The notes under the pieces were generated by a model. The model searched no databases. It was not told the origin of the DNA and worked only from the letters and a program-made list of their open reading frames with translations. DNA of 40,453 nt from Acidobacteriota bacterium. Its GTDB lineage: Bacteria; Acidobacteriota; Thermoanaerobaculia; Multivoradales; Multivoraceae. The DNA lies in NCBI GenBank assembly GCA_021296535.1, contig JAGWAG010000012.1:10152-50604 (forward strand), in the 5' to 3' direction. Shown here one piece after another: positions 36,302 through 40,453 of the stretch (positions are counted from its first letter, which is position 1; every line of letters begins with the position of its first letter). A program made the position numbers and the translations under genes.

Positions 36302-37837
36302 ATGACTCTCGCAGACAGACGGATCGAGGCCGCCCCGGCGGTAGACGAGTTGGCGCGCAGCGCGGCTTCGGACCTGTTTCGGGCGGCGAGCGGCCTGGAC
36401 CACCGGGTCGCCGACCTGTCCCTCGCCGACGCCGGTCGGCGGCAGATCGAACTCGCCGAACACGAGATGCCGGGGCTGATGGAGCTTCGCCGCCGCTATC
36501 GCTCGGAACAGCCGCTCGCCGGAGCGCGGATTACCGGCAGCCTGCACATGACGGTGCAGACGGCCGTGCTGATCGAGACTCTGGTCGACCTCGGCGCCGA
36601 GGTGCGCTGGGCTTCCTGCAACATCTTCTCGACCCAGGACGAGGCGGCCGCGGCGGTAGTGGTCGGCAGGCCCGAGCGGGGCGGTACCGCGGCGGACCCC
36701 AAGGGCGTATCCGTCTTCGCCTGGAAGGGCGAGACGCTGCCGGAGTACTGGTGGTGCACGCTGCGTGCACTGGACTGGCCGAACGAGGGTGGCCCGACTT
36801 TGATCGTCGATGATGGCGGCGACGCCACGCTACTCATCCACCGGGGCGTCGAGTACGAGCGAAGCGGCGTCGTGCCGGACTTCGATGCCGACACCGAACC
36901 GGAGGAATGGGGCGTCATCCTGGAGCTGATCCGTCGCGTCCGAACTTGGGACGAGCAGTACTTCACGCGGCTGGCCGAGGGTCTCCGGGGGATCAGCGAA
37001 GAGACGACGACCGGAGTCCTCCGCCTGTACGAACTGCAGGACGACGGCGCGCTGCTCTGCCCGGCGATCAACGTCAACGACTCGGTGACCAAGTCCAAAT
37101 TCGACAACGTCTACGGCTGCCGGCACTCCCTGATCGATGGGATCAACCGGGCGACGGACCTGATGATCGGCGGCAAGTCGGCGGTCGTCTGCGGCTACGG
37201 CGAAGTCGGCAAGGGCTGCGCCCAGTCCCTGCGGGGTCAGGGCTGCCGCGTGATCGTCACCGAGATCGACCCGATCTGCGCGCTTCAGGCCGCGATGGAG
37301 GGCTACCAGGTGGCGCGCCTCGAAGACGTCGTGGAGACCGCCGACATCTTCGTCACCTGTACCGGCAACAAATCGGTGATCACGGCGGAACTCATGAGCC
37401 GGATGAAGGACAAGGCCGTGGTCGGCAACATCGGCCATTTCGACAACGAAATCGACATTGCCGGACTGAAGCGAATTCCTGGAATCCGCGCCCGCAACAT
37501 CAAGGACCAGGTCGACGAGTGGATCCTCCCGGACGGCCGCAGCCTGTTGATGCTCGCCGAGGGACGCCTGCTGAACCTCGGGTGCGCCACCGGACACCCC
37601 AGTTTCGTCATGTCGACCTCGTTCGCCAATCAGGTACTCGCCCAGATCGATCTGCACCGTGGCGACGAGGACAGGGAGCGGGTCGTGTCGCTGCTGCCGC
37701 GGCACCTCGACGAGGAAGTGGCCCGTCTTCATCTCGACCACCTCGGCGTTGGCCTGACCGAGTTGACCGAGGAGCAGGCCGAGTACATCGGGGTAGAGAA
37801 GGGCGGCCCCTATAAGCGGCACGACTATCGCTATTGA
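36302..37837 (+). CDS. ahcY: Adenosylhomocysteinase (SAH hydrolase)
   Basis: [70 protein letters not shown], terminal YRY; SD GGAG. Confidence 0.98.
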   Translation: MTLADRRIEAAPAVDELARSAASDLFRAASGLDHRVADLSLADAGRRQIELAEHEMPGLMELRRRYRSEQPLAGARITGSLHMTVQTAVLIETLVDLGAEVRWASCNIFSTQDEAAAAVVVGRPERGGTAADPKGVSVFAWKGETLPEYWWCTLRALDWPNEGGPTLIVDDGGDATLLIHRGVEYERSGVVPDFDADTEPEEWGVILELIRRVRTWDEQYFTRLAEGLRGISEETTTGVLRLYELQDDGALLCPAINVNDSVTKSKFDNVYGCRHSLIDGINRATDLMIGGKSAVVCGYGEVGKGCAQSLRGQGCRVIVTEIDPICALQAAMEGYQVARLEDVVETADIFVTCTGNKSVITAELMSRMKDKAVVGNIGHFDNEIDIAGLKRIPGIRARNIKDQVDEWILPDGRSLLMLAEGRLLNLGCATGHPSFVMSTSFANQVLAQIDLHRGDEDRERVVSLLPRHLDEEVARLHLDHLGVGLTELTEEQAEYIGVEKGGPYKRHDYRY

Positions 37838-37941
37838 CCTTCCAGCACTTGCCGGGTCCGGCCCGGCTTCCCGGCCTGCGTCCACGACAGCGAACGGCGA
37901 GCGGGGGCGTCGCGGCTGCTGCACAAGTCGTTGTTTCTCAG

Positions 37942-37947
37942 TAAGAT
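37942..37947 (+). promoter_or_regulatory. Putative -10 hexamer TAAGAT, 9 nt upstream of the ATG
   Basis: TAAGAT-acgggcctc-ATG, no SD. Confidence 0.45.
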
Positions 37948-37956
37948 ACGGGCCTC

Positions 37957-39753
37957 ATGATCAAAACTCGCAGTAGCTTGCCCTGGATTCCTGCGCTTGC
38001 TTGCAGCGCCCTCCTGACACTCGCGGCGTTCGGGGCCCAGGCCCAGGAGCGCTACCACCCGGCCATCGATCCAGACCTGTTCCCCGTGCCGGAAAGCCTG
38101 GAGCCGGCGGTGGAGTTCTGGAAGAAGGTCTTCGTCACCTACACCAGCGACCAGGTCGTTCTCCACGACGAGAGACACCTGGACGTCATCTACAGCGTGG
38201 TCGACATGAGCGACCTGCGCACGCTGGGCTCCTCGGAGTTGCAGATCGACCGCGCCCGGATCAAACGGGTCCGCGCCGAGATGAGCCGCGTCTCCAGGGC
38301 TCTGCGGGATCTTGCGGCGGGCCGGCCGGTGATGAACCTGCCTGCGGACCTCCGGTCCATACCCACCCGGATGGAGCATGTGGCGGGTGGCAGGTCCAAG
38401 TACCGGCGCGCCGCGGGGATGGTCCGAGGCCAACGGGGACTGCGGAACCGCTTCGAGGAGGCGATCGAGACTTCCGGCATGTTCATGCCCGGTATCGAAA
38501 GAACGCTCTCGGAGTACGGTCTGCCGCTGGAGATCCGCTGCCTGCCGTTCGTGGAATCCATGTTCAACTACCGGGCACGCTCGAAGGTCGGAGCTTCCGG
38601 CGCATGGCAGTTCACCGCCTCGACCGGCCGCGCCTTTCTGCAGATGGACGAGGCGGTCGACGCACGCTCGGACGTACTGCTGGCTGCTGCCGGCGCGGCC
38701 CGCAAGCTGCGACGGGACTACGAATCTCTCGAAGCCTGGCCGCTGGCCCTGACCGCGTACAACCACGGCGCGGGCGGTATGGCGCGGGCCGTGCGCCGTC
38801 TAGGCACCAGGGATATCGCCGTCGTGGTGGAGAAGTACAAGTCGCGCACGTTCGGTTTCGCGTCGCGCAACTTCTACGCCGAGTTCATCGCCGCGGTCAT
38901 CTCGTACGTCGAGCGCGAGAGTCATTTTCCGAACGTCGAACCGTTCCCCGAGATCCGCTTCGATGTCGCCCTTCGGGATCGCTACGTGGCCCTGACCGAC
39001 CTGGCGACGGCGACCGGCGTGGACATGGATCGGCTCGCGGAACTCAATCCCGCACTGGACCGGACCGTCCTCGCGGGCTCACTCCTCGTGCCGCCGCGCT
39101 ACCCGCTCCGCGTGCCGCATGGCATGGGCGCACAGTTCGAGCGGGCGTACGCCGCCCTGCCGCCGGATCGCAAACCGGACCGCCAGGCCGCATTCGGTTA
39201 CCGGGTACGGCGGGGCGACACCCTGGGCGGTATCGCGCGCCGCTTCGGCTCCAGTGTTGCCGAGCTCCAGCGCGCGAACCGACTGCCGAGGGCGGACCGC
39301 ATCTACATCGGCCAGCGGCTCCGTATCCCACAACGCGGAGCGGGCCGCTCCGCGCCGGCTCCGGTCCAGAGAGCCGCGCTCGAGGCGCCCGGGGCGACGG
39401 CACCGCCGTCCTCCGGCCCCGAGGTGGCGAGCAGCGTCGGGCAGACGATCAAGGAGACGGTTCACGTGGTCAGGAGGGGTGAATCCCTGCACCGCATCGC
39501 CAGGAAGTACGGCACTTCGGTCCAGGTCCTGACGGCGGCGAACAACCTGCGACGGCCCGATCTGATCCATGCAGGACAGCGCCTGGTGATTCCGGCGGAC
39601 GGCAAGGAAGTCCTGTACCGCGTGCGGCAGGGCGACACGCTGAGTCAGTTGGCGCGCACCTTCCGAACCTCGGCAGCCCGGATCCGCCAGGTGAACGGAC
39701 TGCGCGGCAATCTGATCGTCGTCGGACAGACGCTCCGCATTCCAGCGGGATGA
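37957..39753 (+). CDS. MltD-like lytic murein transglycosylase with three clear LysM domains
   Basis: Signal peptide; SLT motifs PFVES (catalytic Glu), GAWQF and AYNHG; LysM repeats YRVRRGDTL, HVVRRGESL and YRVRQGDTL. Confidence 0.92.
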   Translation: MIKTRSSLPWIPALACSALLTLAAFGAQAQERYHPAIDPDLFPVPESLEPAVEFWKKVFVTYTSDQVVLHDERHLDVIYSVVDMSDLRTLGSSELQIDRARIKRVRAEMSRVSRALRDLAAGRPVMNLPADLRSIPTRMEHVAGGRSKYRRAAGMVRGQRGLRNRFEEAIETSGMFMPGIERTLSEYGLPLEIRCLPFVESMFNYRARSKVGASGAWQFTASTGRAFLQMDEAVDARSDVLLAAAGAARKLRRDYESLEAWPLALTAYNHGAGGMARAVRRLGTRDIAVVVEKYKSRTFGFASRNFYAEFIAAVISYVERESHFPNVEPFPEIRFDVALRDRYVALTDLATATGVDMDRLAELNPALDRTVLAGSLLVPPRYPLRVPHGMGAQFERAYAALPPDRKPDRQAAFGYRVRRGDTLGGIARRFGSSVAELQRANRLPRADRIYIGQRLRIPQRGAGRSAPAPVQRAALEAPGATAPPSSGPEVASSVGQTIKETVHVVRRGESLHRIARKYGTSVQVLTAANNLRRPDLIHAGQRLVIPADGKEVLYRVRQGDTLSQLARTFRTSAARIRQVNGLRGNLIVVGQTLRIPAG

Positions 39754-40453
39754 CCTTCCCGCCGGGGCACTCGAAACGTACCGCGTCACTGGCGGCGGTC
39801 GCTGCATTCGTCCTGGTCGGTTGCGGCGACGAGGTGCAGCCGACCGCGGATCTCGTTCTGGTGGGAGGTCGGCTGGTCACCCTGAGCGAAGACGCGGAAC
39901 GGGCTCCCGCCGAAGCGGAAGCGCTGGCCGCGGTGGACGGCCGCGTCGTGTTCGTCGGTTCCGACGAAGAGGTCAGCCGTTGGATCGGCCCTGACACGGA
40001 AGTGCTCGACCTGGAGGGGCGTCTGGCCGTTCCGGGTTTCATCGAAGGGCACGGCCACTTCTGGGGCCTCGGCGAGTCGAAGCTCCAGTTGAGCCTCGAG
40101 TCCGCGTCATCCTGGGACGAGATCGTCGCGCAGGTTGCCGCGGCGGTCGAGGAGACGGAACCGGGAACCTGGATCCTGGGCCGCGGTTGGCATCAGTCGA
40201 AGTGGTCGGCGCCGCCCGTTCCGGGCGTGCAGGGACTCCCGGTTCATGCTGACCTGAGCGCGGTGTCGCTTCAACATCCCGTACTCCTGACGCACGCGAG
40301 CGGTCACATGGCCTTCGCCAATGCCCGCGCGATGGCGCTCGCCGGCATCGACGCGGCGACTCCCGACCCGGAGGGGGGCGAGATCGTGCGCGACGCGAAT
40401 GGGCAACCGACCGGGGCGCTCAGGGAAACGGCGGAGAACCTCGTCGCGGGGCT
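39750..40453 (+). CDS. Amidohydrolase_3 (YtcJ-like) lipoprotein, cut by the right edge
   Basis: Translated by hand from the ATGA overlap: MTFPPGHSKRTASLAAVAAFVLVGC, ADLVLVGG, LDLEGRLAVPGFIEGHGH (HxH), WILGRGW, HASGH, PDPEGGEIVRD...PTG. Confidence 0.92.
   Translation, partial: MTFPPGHSKRTASLAAVAAFVLVGCGDEVQPTADLVLVGGRLVTLSEDAERAPAEAEALAAVDGRVVFVGSDEEVSRWIGPDTEVLDLEGRLAVPGFIEGHGHFWGLGESKLQLSLESASSWDEIVAQVAAAVEETEPGTWILGRGWHQSKWSAPPVPGVQGLPVHADLSAVSLQHPVLLTHASGHMAFANARAMALAGIDAATPDPEGGEIVRDANGQPTGALRETAENLVAG

Noticed and set aside
32350-36303. 1317-aa ORF on the minus strand
   Set aside because: Only 32350..34137 looks like a real protein (signal peptide plus VWFA). The upstream 722 codons are the stop-free antisense shadow of the PIG-L and LLM genes, which is common in GC-rich DNA.
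37851-37876. gccggg-tccgg-cccggc hairpin after ahcY, as a terminator or extra REP copy
   Set aside because: No U-tract and only weak similarity to the repeat family; short GC stems arise by chance here.

Overview
GC-rich, gene-dense bacterial window, most likely Acidobacteriota. This is inferred from an Acidobacterial-type VWFA protein and a carboxypeptidase-regulatory-like/TPR protein, not proven. From left to right it holds: a TonB-dependent receptor cut by the left edge; a divergent six-gene operon (flavin-dependent halogenase-like protein, DUF3311-like small membrane protein, sodium:solute symporter, CxxC-bearing GT4 glycosyltransferase, LolD-like ATPase, 1150-aa double MacB/FtsX permease); a 171-bp element with terminal inverted repeats; an S9 peptidase that appears to lack its catalytic His; a TPR protein; a mostly coupled run of CCA enzyme, ECF sigma, anti-sigma, periplasmic sensor-like protein, RND, MFP and a second RND; a beta-propeller/HEAT/cytochrome c protein divergent from an NRAMP-like transporter and a sugar ABC transporter; a VWFA protein divergent from a PIG-L deacetylase, a luciferase-like monooxygenase, ahcY, a LysM lytic transglycosylase and an amidohydrolase cut by the right edge. 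The best candidate for an undescribed system is the halogenase/SSS/GT4/MacB operon with its TBDR. Other signals are TANNNT hexamers 6-9 nt upstream of SD-less start codons (apparent leaderless genes, including two 21-23-bp bidirectional promoters), a REP-like hairpin family with compensatory substitutions, and two apparent short in-frame deletions. No rRNA, tRNA, CRISPR array or transposase was seen. All family calls are by motif recognition only; no searches were run.
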